Shown: positions 11,999 to 20,287, counted from the first letter of the stretch. The stretch: 28,213 bases of DNA from Burkholderiales bacterium (GCA_037915775.1 JBAIYN010000687.1:1-28213); one strand, 5' to 3'. Made by a program: numbers and translations. Notes: generated by a model from the sequence alone, not told the origin.

Positions 11999-12331
11999 AT
12001 GAACCTCATCATCCACGGTCACCACGTCGAAGTGACTCCGGCACTGCGCGGCTACGTCGAGGGCAAGATGGAGCGGATCCGGCGCCACTTCGATCACCTG
12101 ATCGAGGCGGACGTCCTGCTGTCAGTCGAGGACAAACTCAGGCACCGCGCCGAGATCACCTTGCGCGTGCGCGGAAGCAGCATGCACGCCGAGGCGACCG
12201 ACGGGGATATGTACGCGGCGATCGATGGCCTGATGGACAAGCTCGACCGCCAGGTTCTGCGACACAAGGATCGGGTTCGAAACCACGTGCGCGAGCCACT
12301 CAAGCATCAGGCCGCACAACAGCAGCAGTAG
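11999..12331 (+). CDS. hpf: Ribosome hibernation promoting factor (HPF/RaiA family)
   Basis: MNLIIHGHHVEVTPALRGYVEGK, DMYAAIDGLMDKLDRQV; follows rpoN. Confidence 0.95.
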   Translation: MNLIIHGHHVEVTPALRGYVEGKMERIRRHFDHLIEADVLLSVEDKLRHRAEITLRVRGSSMHAEATDGDMYAAIDGLMDKLDRQVLRHKDRVRNHVREPLKHQAAQQQQ

Positions 12332-12351
12332 CCGGCGGACACCGGGACGCT

Positions 12352-12387
12352 CGACCGAGGCCCGCGCCGGCGGGCCTCGGTCGTTTG
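12352..12387 (+). terminator. Probable intrinsic terminator after hpf
   Basis: Perfect 14-bp stem CGACCGAGGCCCGC / GCGGGCCTCGGTCG, 4-nt loop, followed by TTTG (short U tract). Confidence 0.65.
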
Positions 12388-12494
12388 AGGCCACCGGAAT
12401 TCGGCGAGTGCTTACGCTGTTGCAGCACTGCGACAAGCGCCATTCGAGGAAGAACCCCCTCTGCGCTCGCTCAGGCGCCACTTGGCGGCACGCC

Positions 12495-12524
12495 TATACT
12501 GAAAACGGTTTCTGGAATTGAAAC
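12495..12524 (+). promoter_or_regulatory. Candidate ptsN promoter -10 (TATACT) with abutting LacI-family-like palindrome TGAAAACGGTTTCT
   Basis: TATACT 12495-12500; TGAAAACGGTTTCT 12500-12513; further inverted half-site GAAAC 12520-12524. Confidence 0.4.
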
Positions 12525-12711
12525 AGACTGCCCGCGGACTCAGATATCCGAAGACGCGACTTGAGCATTCGATCGCCCGTCTCCTGATCGTTCACCGTGC
12601 ACAGGTGAACGGCGACCGGTCCATCGATGTCATCGATCCACGTCGCGACCTGCTCCTTGCGCGTTCCTTGACCGTGGACCCGTCCGATCCGACTTCGGTG
12701 CGAATCGCGAA

Positions 12712-13182
12712 ATGAACCTGATCTCCCGTTTGCTTCCCCCTAACAACGTGCTTCTCGGCCTTGCGGCATCCAGCAAGAAGCGCGTCTTCGAGCAGGCTGG
12801 CCTGCTGTTCGAAAACAACCATGGCATCGCCCGCGCGACGGTATTCGACAGCCTGTTTGCCCGCGAGCGCCTCGGATCGACCGGACTCGGGCAAGGAGTC
12901 GCGATACCCCATGGGCGCATCAAGGGGTTGAAGGAGGCAATCGCTGCCTTCGTTCGCCTCGAAGAGCCGGTCCAGTTTGATGCGCCGGACGGCCGGCCGG
13001 TGCAGCTTCTGTTCTTCCTGCTCGTGCCGGAGCAGGCCACGCAGCAACACCTCGACATCCTGTCGGAGCTGGCACAGATGCTGTCCGACAAATCGTTTCG
13101 GGAAAACCTGATGTCCGCGTCCGACCCGCAAGCGGTGCACTCGATGCTGGCAACCTGGGAACCCGTGCGCCCCGCCGCCTGA
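12712..13182 (+). CDS. ptsN: PTS IIA-like nitrogen regulatory protein EIIA(Ntr)
   Basis: SKKRVFEQAG, RERLGSTGLGQGVAIPHGR (phospho-His), FDAPDGRPV, HLDILSELAQM. Confidence 0.96.
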   Translation: MNLISRLLPPNNVLLGLAASSKKRVFEQAGLLFENNHGIARATVFDSLFARERLGSTGLGQGVAIPHGRIKGLKEAIAAFVRLEEPVQFDAPDGRPVQLLFFLLVPEQATQQHLDILSELAQMLSDKSFRENLMSASDPQAVHSMLATWEPVRPAA

Positions 13183-13219
13183 TGCCACCGGCGGAAGCCA
13201 CGTCGGCTAAGCTTCGCGA

Positions 13220-14149
13220 ATGCCGACCCTGCAATCCCTATTCGAAGAAAACGTCGACAGCCTGAAGCTGCGCTGGATCGCGGGACGCCAGGGCGGCGAG
13301 CGCAAATTCCAGGGCAGCGGCGCCCTTGATGTCCCGGCGGCCGACCTCGTCGGCCACTTGAACCTGATCCATCCGAACCGGCTGCACGTGCTTGGCACGC
13401 CCGAAGTCCAGTACGTGTCCCGGATGGACAGCGGCCGGCGCGCTCACTATGCAGATGACCTCGTTTCCGGCGGAGCGCTGGGGATGATCGTCGCGGAGGA
13501 TCTGGCGCTGCCGACCGACATGGAAGCGGCGGCCGAGCGGGCTGGCCTCCCGGTATTCGCCTCGCCATTGCCGGCAGCCAACGTGATCGACCTGTTGCGG
13601 ATCTACCTGGGCAAGTCGATGGCGGCACACTGCACGATGCACGGCGTATTCATGGACGTGCTCGGCATGGGCGTGCTGATTTCGGGGGAATCGGGCGTCG
13701 GCAAGAGCGAACTCGGGCTGGAATTGATCAGCCGCGGCCACGGACTGGTCGCCGACGACGTGGTCGACTTTGCCCGCGTGGCGCCCGACACGATCGAGGG
13801 ACGCTGTCCGTCGCTGCTCGCGAACCTGCTCGAGGTGCGCGGCCTGGGCCTGCTGGACATCAAGGCGATCTTCGGCGAGACCGCGGTCAGGCGGAAGATG
13901 AAGCTGCGTCTGATCGTCGAACTCCGGCGCCGGGCCGCGGCCGAGATGATGGAGCGGCTCCCCCTGGCCGGCACGACGGAGGAGGTTCTGGGTCTGCCGG
14001 TCCACAAGGTCGTCATCCCAGTGGCCGCCGGCCGCAACCTGGCAGTCCTGCTCGAAGCTGCGGTGCGCAATACGATCCTGAAGCTGCGCGGCATCGACAC
14101 CATGGCCGATTTCCTGGAACGCCAGCGACAGGCCATGGATGACGTCTAG
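13220..14149 (+). CDS. hprK: HPr(Ser) kinase/phosphorylase
   Basis: [58 protein letters not shown]. Confidence 0.97.
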   Translation: MPTLQSLFEENVDSLKLRWIAGRQGGERKFQGSGALDVPAADLVGHLNLIHPNRLHVLGTPEVQYVSRMDSGRRAHYADDLVSGGALGMIVAEDLALPTDMEAAAERAGLPVFASPLPAANVIDLLRIYLGKSMAAHCTMHGVFMDVLGMGVLISGESGVGKSELGLELISRGHGLVADDVVDFARVAPDTIEGRCPSLLANLLEVRGLGLLDIKAIFGETAVRRKMKLRLIVELRRRAAAEMMERLPLAGTTEEVLGLPVHKVVIPVAAGRNLAVLLEAAVRNTILKLRGIDTMADFLERQRQAMDDV

Positions 14150-14260
14150 CCAAGTCCCCGCCCCGGCGTCAACGGCCCCTGCCGCGCGGGCGTTAAAGTG
14201 CGGCTGGCCCGGAGTTCATTCTGGGGCGGCCAGCCAACCAACCGTCGGAGGAGAAGCAAG

Positions 14261-14557
14261 ATGCTGAAGCAAGCCCTGATCGCCGCCTGTCTGCTGCTGC
14301 CCGTGGCCACGATGGCCGCGGAAGAGAAGAAGATGACGCCACAGCAACAGAAGATGACCACCTGCAACAAGGAAGCGGGAGAGAAGAAGCTCGAAGGAGA
14401 CGCCCGCAAGAAGTTCATGTCGGAGTGCCTGTCAGCCAAGCCCGCCGCAAAGATGACGCAGCAGGACAAGATGAAGGCCTGCAACAAGGACGCCGGCGCC
14501 AAGAACCTGAAAGGGGACGAGCGCAAGAAATTCATGTCTGAATGCCTGAAGGGCTGA
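14261..14557 (+). CDS. psiF: PsiF-repeat family secreted protein (phosphate starvation-inducible PsiF-like)
   Basis: Signal peptide (MLKQALIAACLLLPVATMA) and two QQ.KM..CNK.A..K.L.GD.RKKFMSECL repeats; strong SD GGAGGAG at 14247-14253. Confidence 0.9.
   Translation: MLKQALIAACLLLPVATMAAEEKKMTPQQQKMTTCNKEAGEKKLEGDARKKFMSECLSAKPAAKMTQQDKMKACNKDAGAKNLKGDERKKFMSECLKG
14330..14548 (+). repeat. Internal tandem duplication encoding two PsiF repeats
   Basis: Repeat 1 about 14330-14431 (KMTPQQQKMTTCNKEAGEKKLEGDARKKFMSECL), repeat 2 about 14450-14548 (KMTQQDKMKACNKDAGAKNLKGDERKKFMSECL). Confidence 0.9.
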
Positions 14558-14580
14558 TCCGGAACGGATCGCCGGGACGC

Positions 14581-14610
14581 GGGGGCGCAGCAATGCTGCG
14601 CCCCCTTTTC
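14581..14610 (+). terminator. Intrinsic terminator after psiF
   Basis: GGGGGCGCAGC-AAT-GCTGCGCCCCC stem-loop followed by TTTTCATTT. Confidence 0.8.
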
Positions 14611-14644
14611 ATTTCAAGGCTCGGCGTCGTGCAACAATGGCCGC

Positions 14645-15511
14645 ATGCGCGTCGTGCTGGTCACCGGGATGTCAGGCTCCGGCAAGTCGGTCGCCATCCG
14701 CCTGCTGGAGGATGTGGGCTATTACTGCGTCGACAATCTGCCGTCGCGCTTTCTCGGCCAGGTCTGCGCGTATCTGAGCGAGGCCGGGCACAGTGAGGTC
14801 GCGGTATCGGTCGACGCCCGCACCGAGCTTTCTCTCGCGCAGCTGCCCGCCGTGATCGAGGAGTTGCGCATCGCCGGCCACGACGTCAGGGTCCTTTTCC
14901 TGACGGCGTCCACTGAGGCCCTGGTGCAGCGGTACTCCGAGAGCCGCCGCCGACATCCGCTGTCAGAACGGCTGGCGCTGGGTACCGACGGCCTGGAACC
15001 GACCTTGCCCGAGTGCATCGAGGCCGAGCGCGACCTGCTCGTACCGCTGCACCAGATCGGACACCTGATCGACACGAGTTCGCTCCAGGCAAACACGCTG
15101 CGCAACTGGGTCCGGCAATTCGCCGACAGCCCGCGCGCCACGCTGACCCTGACTTTCGAGTCGTTCGCCTACAAGAACGGAATTCCGGTCGATGCCGACC
15201 TGGTGTTCGACGTTCGCAACCTGCCCAATCCCTTCTACGATCCGCGCCTGAAGCCTCTGACCGGCCTCGACGAGCCGGTGATCGCGTTTCTTTCCGCATC
15301 CAGGCGGGTCGGCGAGATGACCGAGGACATCGCGCGATTCCTGGAACGGTGGCTGCCGGGCTACATGCAGGACACGCGCCATTACGTGACTGTCGCAATC
15401 GGCTGCACCGGCGGCCAGCATCGATCCGTGTACGTCGTGGAGCAGCTCGCCAGGCGCTTTGCCGGCCAGGCGCGCGTGCTGGCTCGTCACCGCGCAATTG
15501 CGCGTCATTGA
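14645..15511 (+). CDS. rapZ: RNase adapter / P-loop protein RapZ (YhbJ/YvcJ family)
   Basis: LVTGMSGSGKS, YYCVDNLP, YSESRRRHPL, ADLVFDVRNLPNP, IGCTGGQHRSV. Confidence 0.96.
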   Translation: MRVVLVTGMSGSGKSVAIRLLEDVGYYCVDNLPSRFLGQVCAYLSEAGHSEVAVSVDARTELSLAQLPAVIEELRIAGHDVRVLFLTASTEALVQRYSESRRRHPLSERLALGTDGLEPTLPECIEAERDLLVPLHQIGHLIDTSSLQANTLRNWVRQFADSPRATLTLTFESFAYKNGIPVDADLVFDVRNLPNPFYDPRLKPLTGLDEPVIAFLSASRRVGEMTEDIARFLERWLPGYMQDTRHYVTVAIGCTGGQHRSVYVVEQLARRFAGQARVLARHRAIARH

Positions 15512-15535
15512 CTCGTCGATTCGCCGTCGGCGCCG

Positions 15536-16171
15536 ATGAAGCTGCCGCTGTTCCCGCTCAACGCCGTGCTGTTCCCGGGAGGCACCCTGCCGCTGCGCGT
15601 GTTCGAGACGCGCTACATGGACATGGTGCGCGACTGCCTGCAGACCTCGTCGAGCTTCGGCGTCTGCCTGATCACGAAGGGCCGCGAAACGGGAAAGCCG
15701 GCGCAATGTGAGACCACCGGTTGCATGGCCTCGATCGCCGCCTGGGACATGCAGCAACTCGGCGTGCTGAACATTCGCACCGTGGGCGGCCGGAGATTCC
15801 GCGTGCTGCATGCGGCTCCGCAGGAAAACGGGCTGCTGGTCGGCGATGTCGACGAGATCGAACCCGACGTCGACGTTCCGCTGTCACCCGAGCACCAGCC
15901 TTGCGCGACGCTGCTCGCCCGCATCATCGATGACCTCGATGCCCAGCGCGAGGCTGCTCTGCGCGCCAGCCCCGGCGCCGCCGACACGCTGGCGACCAGC
16001 CCGATCGAGCGCCCGTATCGGATGGAATCCACCGTCTGGGTCGGCAACCGCCTGTGCGAGGTGCTGCCCGTTTCGTTGCGCGCAAAGCAGAAGCTGATGG
16101 AGCTCGAGGACGCGAAGGTCCGACTCGACATCGTGCTGCGTTTCCTGCGGCAGCACGCAGTCGTTCAGTGA
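15536..16171 (+). CDS. LON peptidase substrate-binding (Lon-N) domain protein without ATPase/protease domains
   Basis: MKLPLFPLNAVLFPGGTLPLRVFETRYMDMVRDC, FGVCLI, GGRRFRV, KQKLMELED; 211 aa. Confidence 0.9.
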   Translation: MKLPLFPLNAVLFPGGTLPLRVFETRYMDMVRDCLQTSSSFGVCLITKGRETGKPAQCETTGCMASIAAWDMQQLGVLNIRTVGGRRFRVLHAAPQENGLLVGDVDEIEPDVDVPLSPEHQPCATLLARIIDDLDAQREAALRASPGAADTLATSPIERPYRMESTVWVGNRLCEVLPVSLRAKQKLMELEDAKVRLDIVLRFLRQHAVVQ

Positions 16172-17232
16172 GCGGGCACGACGTCGGCGGCCGGCGCGGC
16201 GCACATCACGTCGCGTAGCAATGCACGGATCGGCGCCGGCAGCGCGGCGCCTTCGATGGCATCGGCAGCCAGCCATTGCATCTGCGGCTCCATGGCGATC
16301 GGCTGCGGCCGCTCGATCCGTGCCAGGTGCGGCGTGAACTGCAGCGTGAAGTGCGTGAACGCGTGCCGGCGTGCCGGCAGCGGCCGCGCGTCCGCGGCCG
16401 GCGCCAGCGCCATCAGCGCCCTCGCCATGTCCTCGAGGCGGTCGAACTGCGGCAGCGACAGCAGCCCTCCCCATATCCCGGCGCCGGGCCGCTGTTCGAG
16501 CAGCACGCGCTCTTCGTGAACCAGGAGCAGCAGATGCGCGAAGCGCAGCCGCGGTGCTCTTCTCGGTCGTGCGGCCGGCAGCTCGTCCACGCGGCCGGCA
16601 CGGAAGGCGACGCAGGTGGATCGCACCGGACAGTCATCGCAGCGCGGCGCGGAGCGGATGCACACTGTGGCGCCGAGATCCATCAGGCCCTGCGTATAGG
16701 CCGGCATCGCGTCCGCATCGGGCAGCAGCGACTCCGCGCGCGCCCACAGCAACCGCTCGAGCGCCGCCGAACCGGGATCGCCATCGACGCCGAACTGACG
16801 CGCCAGCACGCGCTTGACGTTGCCGTCCAGGATCGCGGCCCGTTCGTCGAAGCAGAAAGCGGCGATTGCTGCCGCGGTGGAACGCCCGATCCCCGGCAGG
16901 GCCGCGAGCTCCGCTGCGCCGCGCGGGAACACGCCGCCATGCTCTGCGACGATCCTTTGCGCGCACGCATGCAGGTTGCGCGCACGCGCGTAGTAACCGA
17001 GTCCGGCCCACAGCCGCATCACGTCGACCGGATCCGCCTGGGCCAGCGAGGCCACGTTCGGAAAGCGCTCGACAAAGCGCAGGTAATACGGCACAACCGT
17101 CGCGACCTGCGTCTGCTGCAGCATGATTTCCGACAGCCACACGCGATACGGATCACGCACGCCGTGCCAGGGCAGATCGCGCCGCCCCATCGCACGCTGC
17201 CATGCGACGATGCGCGAAGCGAACCTGCGCAT
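16165..17232 (-). CDS. mutY: A/G-specific adenine DNA glycosylase
   Basis: RDLPW, DPYRVWLSEIMLQQTQV, WAGLGYYARARNLH, LPGIGRSTA, LDGNVKRV, Fe-S motif C..APRCDDCPV...C. ATG 17232 overlaps the upstream stop. Confidence 0.97.
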   Translation of the reverse strand: MRRFASRIVAWQRAMGRRDLPWHGVRDPYRVWLSEIMLQQTQVATVVPYYLRFVERFPNVASLAQADPVDVMRLWAGLGYYARARNLHACAQRIVAEHGGVFPRGAAELAALPGIGRSTAAAIAAFCFDERAAILDGNVKRVLARQFGVDGDPGSAALERLLWARAESLLPDADAMPAYTQGLMDLGATVCIRSAPRCDDCPVRSTCVAFRAGRVDELPAARPRRAPRLRFAHLLLLVHEERVLLEQRPGAGIWGGLLSLPQFDRLEDMARALMALAPAADARPLPARRHAFTHFTLQFTPHLARIERPQPIAMEPQMQWLAADAIEGAALPAPIRALLRDVMCAAPAADVVPAH

Positions 17233-19247
17233 CAGATTTCGATGCGCAGGTACGCCGGTTCGTTCGGATCCGCGCGGCGTTCGCGTGGCGGCGCTTCTGC
17301 CGCGGCCGCTGCTGCCGCCGCCGGCGGCGGCGCAGAGCTGATGCCGCGCACCCGCGCCAGCATCGCGCGCAGTCCTTCGAGCTTGCTCTGCACGTCCTCG
17401 AGCGCCGACTCGAGTTCGCCGATGCGTTCGTCCAGCGATTCCTGCGCACTGCGGATGCGTTCGACCGACTCCGCGCGCTTCTTCAGCTGCGCCCGCTGCT
17501 CGCGCACCTGCGCTTCGATCGGCGGCAGAAGCGAGCGGATCCAGGCTTCGGTGTCTCGCTCGGCCGTGGAAAGGACGTCGCGCGTGCGCGCCACCACGGT
17601 GTCGAAGAAGCGCTCGATCAGCGACCACTTGTCGCGCGTCAGCACGACGAACGCGCCAAAGTGCGACCGCCCGGCGCGCTCGACCTGCTCCAGCTCGCCG
17701 CGATATTTGTCGAGCGAGAACGACATCGGCGGCGGCAGGCTCCACCCGAGCTCGGCGGCGAACTTCTGCTGCACTCCGATCACCATCTTCTCGATCTCGC
17801 CCAGCTTGAGCCCCGCCTCGCGCAGCTGCCCGTTCAGCTGCGCGAAGTATTCCCGGATCGACGAGTAAAACTGCGGCGTCAGGCGAACGTTGCGCATGCG
17901 CTCGCGCGTCTTCTCGAGCGTCTCGCGCAGCGTCGCATGCGACAGTGGCGCGGTCGCCTGCTCGGACAGCCGCCCCAGCACTACCCGGGTGGCGACGATC
18001 TTACGCACGTTTTCCTCGAATTCGCGGCTTTCGGCCTGCGCGCGCAGCGACATGCGCTCGATTGAACTCTGGTTCTTCCCCTGCAGGGCGCGCAGTTCAT
18101 AGAGCTGCTCGATCACGCCGCGCTCGCGCGCGGCGAGCGCCTGCCGCACTTCCTCCGCAACGCGCTCCACCACCGCCAGCGTCTGGGAGCCGACGATGCC
18201 CTGCTTGGCAGGGACCAGCAGTTCGACCAGGGCGGACTCGAGCCGCGGCAGCCGGCTCGCCGCGAGCAGCCGGTCGTCCTGCGTCACTTTCGCCACCAGG
18301 CCCTTCTGTGCCGAGACCGGAAACACCCGGGTCGTATCGAGGCCGAGCGTGCGGCCGACCAGGCGGACCTGGCGATCGACTTCGCTGTCGATTTCGTGCG
18401 CGGTCTTCAGCCCGTCCCACAGGCCATCGATCTTGTTCAGCACCGCGATGTGATTGCCGGCGGCACCCGTGTCGTGCACCACCTGGCGCCACACCTCGAG
18501 ATCGCTCTTCGTCACGCCGGTGTCGGCCGCAAGCACGAACAGCACCGCATGCGCACTCGGCACCAGCGAAAGCGTGAGCTCCGGTTCCGCGCCGATCGCA
18601 TTCAACCCCGGCGTATCGAGGATCACCAAGCCACGTTTCAGCAGCGGGTGCGGAAAGTTGATGATCGCGTGCCGCCAGCGCGAGATCTCGATCGTGCCAT
18701 CCGGTGCGACGGCCGTCTTCTGGTCCGGGTCGCCGGGGTCGTAAAGGCCATACAGCAGCGCTTCCTGCACCGAGACGCGCACCGTATCGGCGACCAGCTT
18801 GAAGGCTTCCAGCATGCCCTCCGGCGCGTCGACGTCGACGGGGAAGACGCGCCATTCGCCACCGGCCTTCCTGAAATCCGACATCGTGCCCTGCCGCGCC
18901 CGCGTCTCGATCGGCAGCGCACGGATGCACGGCGGCAGCGATTCGTCGTACATCAGCTCGGTCGGGCACATCGTCGTGCGCCCGGCCGAAGACGGCAGGA
19001 TGCGGCGGCCGTAGTCGGCGAAGAAGATGGCGTTGATCAGCTCGGATTTGCCGCGCGAGAACTCGGCGACGAATGCGATCACCAGCTTGTCTTCGGCCAG
19101 CCGATCCAGTCCGAGCGCCAGGCGGCGCGCGGCATCGTGGTCGAGCAGCTCGTTGTCCTGCAGCCAGGTGCGCAGGTGGGTGACACCCTGCGCGAGAGCT
19201 TCACGCCATGCGCCGTATTCCTGGAAGCTGCTCGCGAGTAGGGGCAT
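17232..19247 (-). CDS. Bacterial dynamin-like GTPase
   Basis: G1 AEFSRGKSELIN, G2 GRTTMCPT, G3 LDTPGLN, G4 NKID, then long helical/coiled-coil region. ATG 19247 gives 671 aa; the ORF-track extension to 19433 overlaps mutM. Confidence 0.9.
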   Translation of the reverse strand: MPLLASSFQEYGAWREALAQGVTHLRTWLQDNELLDHDAARRLALGLDRLAEDKLVIAFVAEFSRGKSELINAIFFADYGRRILPSSAGRTTMCPTELMYDESLPPCIRALPIETRARQGTMSDFRKAGGEWRVFPVDVDAPEGMLEAFKLVADTVRVSVQEALLYGLYDPGDPDQKTAVAPDGTIEISRWRHAIINFPHPLLKRGLVILDTPGLNAIGAEPELTLSLVPSAHAVLFVLAADTGVTKSDLEVWRQVVHDTGAAGNHIAVLNKIDGLWDGLKTAHEIDSEVDRQVRLVGRTLGLDTTRVFPVSAQKGLVAKVTQDDRLLAASRLPRLESALVELLVPAKQGIVGSQTLAVVERVAEEVRQALAARERGVIEQLYELRALQGKNQSSIERMSLRAQAESREFEENVRKIVATRVVLGRLSEQATAPLSHATLRETLEKTRERMRNVRLTPQFYSSIREYFAQLNGQLREAGLKLGEIEKMVIGVQQKFAAELGWSLPPPMSFSLDKYRGELEQVERAGRSHFGAFVVLTRDKWSLIERFFDTVVARTRDVLSTAERDTEAWIRSLLPPIEAQVREQRAQLKKRAESVERIRSAQESLDERIGELESALEDVQSKLEGLRAMLARVRGISSAPPPAAAAAAAAEAPPRERRADPNEPAYLRIEI

Positions 19248-19281
19248 CGATGGAAGCGCTCGGGGCGCAGGGTCGCGATTC

Positions 19282-19290
19282 AATCTAGCA
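19282..19290 (-). promoter_or_regulatory. Possible extended -10 promoter (TGcTAGATT) for dynamin-mutY
   Basis: TGn followed by TAGATT in the 89-bp mutM/dynamin spacer, 34 nt upstream of ATG 19247. Confidence 0.4.
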
Positions 19291-19336
19291 CAGCGAATTT
19301 CGGATGCGGCCCATTCAACCGGATGAGGCAGCCGGA

Positions 19337-20185
19337 TTAGCGCGGCGGCGCTTTCGGCTGGCAGCGCGGGCAGAAATACGTGGCGCGCTGACCCTGCACG
19401 AGACGCCGGATCATCGTGCCGCATACCCGGCATGGCTTGCCGCCGCGGCCATAGACGAAGGCGTCGAGCATGAAGTAGCCCTCGTTGCCGTCCGCATCGA
19501 CGAAGTCGCGCAGCGTGCTGCCCCCGACCGCGATGGCCTCGGACAGGACCTCCCGCACCGCCTCCACGAGCCGTTCACACCGCTCGCGCGACAGCCGCTG
19601 TGCAGGCAGACGCGGGTCGATGCCGGCGCGAAACAGGCTCTCGGACGCGTAGATGTTGCCGACGCCGACCACGATTTCGCCCGCAAGGAGTACCTGCTTG
19701 ATCGCCGCCCGCCGGCCGCGTGTATGGCGATGAACGTGGGCGGCGTCGAAACGGGGATCGAAGGGCTCCAGACCGAGGTGCGCCAGCAGCGGGTGCCGTT
19801 CCACGTCGCCGGAACGCGCCGGATGCCAAAGGACGGCACCGAACCGGCGCGGATCGGTAAGTCGGACCACGCGGCCGCGTCGTCCGGCCAGAACGATATC
19901 GACATGGTCGTGCGCTCCGGCAGCGGGAACGGTGCCGAGCAGGACCCGCCAGGAACCCGACATACCCAGGTGCGAGATCAGCGTTCCGTGCGCGAAACGC
20001 CAGAGAAGGTACTTTCCGCGCCGGTCAAGTCGCTCGATGCGCCTGCCCTTCAGGACCTCGGCCAGACTGACGGGGACGGGCCAGCGCAGGCGCCGTTCAC
20101 GCAGCACGACCTTGCGCACCCGCGCGCCTTCGACGAACGGCGCCAGTGCCCGCCGAGTGACTTCGACTTCAGGCAACTCCGGCAT
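19337..20185 (-). CDS. mutM: Formamidopyrimidine-DNA glycosylase (Fpg)
   Basis: [41 protein letters not shown], Zn finger CRVC...[10 protein letters not shown]. Confidence 0.98.
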   Translation of the reverse strand: MPELPEVEVTRRALAPFVEGARVRKVVLRERRLRWPVPVSLAEVLKGRRIERLDRRGKYLLWRFAHGTLISHLGMSGSWRVLLGTVPAAGAHDHVDIVLAGRRGRVVRLTDPRRFGAVLWHPARSGDVERHPLLAHLGLEPFDPRFDAAHVHRHTRGRRAAIKQVLLAGEIVVGVGNIYASESLFRAGIDPRLPAQRLSRERCERLVEAVREVLSEAIAVGGSTLRDFVDADGNEGYFMLDAFVYGRGGKPCRVCGTMIRRLVQGQRATYFCPRCQPKAPPR

Positions 20186-20287
20186 CGTTGACGCGTCTAA
20201 GATCTCAATCGTTGCCCAGGATGAGGCAACGAGCCCGCCCTCATTTGATCGTTCTTCACCTTGGGTCTGCTGATGTCTTCTACTGAA

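Noticed and set aside
14150-14260. Pho box or sigma54 site upstream of psiF
   Set aside because: No CTGTCAT-type direct repeats, and CTGGCCCGGAGTTCAT lacks the -12 GC.
15512-15535. Absence of npr/ptsH after rapZ
   Set aside because: Expected. In Betaproteobacteria HPr is generally encoded elsewhere, so this is not evidence of loss.
19316-19337. CCGGATG...CCGGAT resembling an enterobacterial REP element
   Set aside because: Single short occurrence with a weak 4-bp stem; no repeated REP family seen in the window's spacers.
16165-19433. ORF-track extended starts for mutY (17745) and dynamin (19433)
   Set aside because: The extensions overlap the neighbouring real genes. Homology begins at ATG 17232 and 19247.
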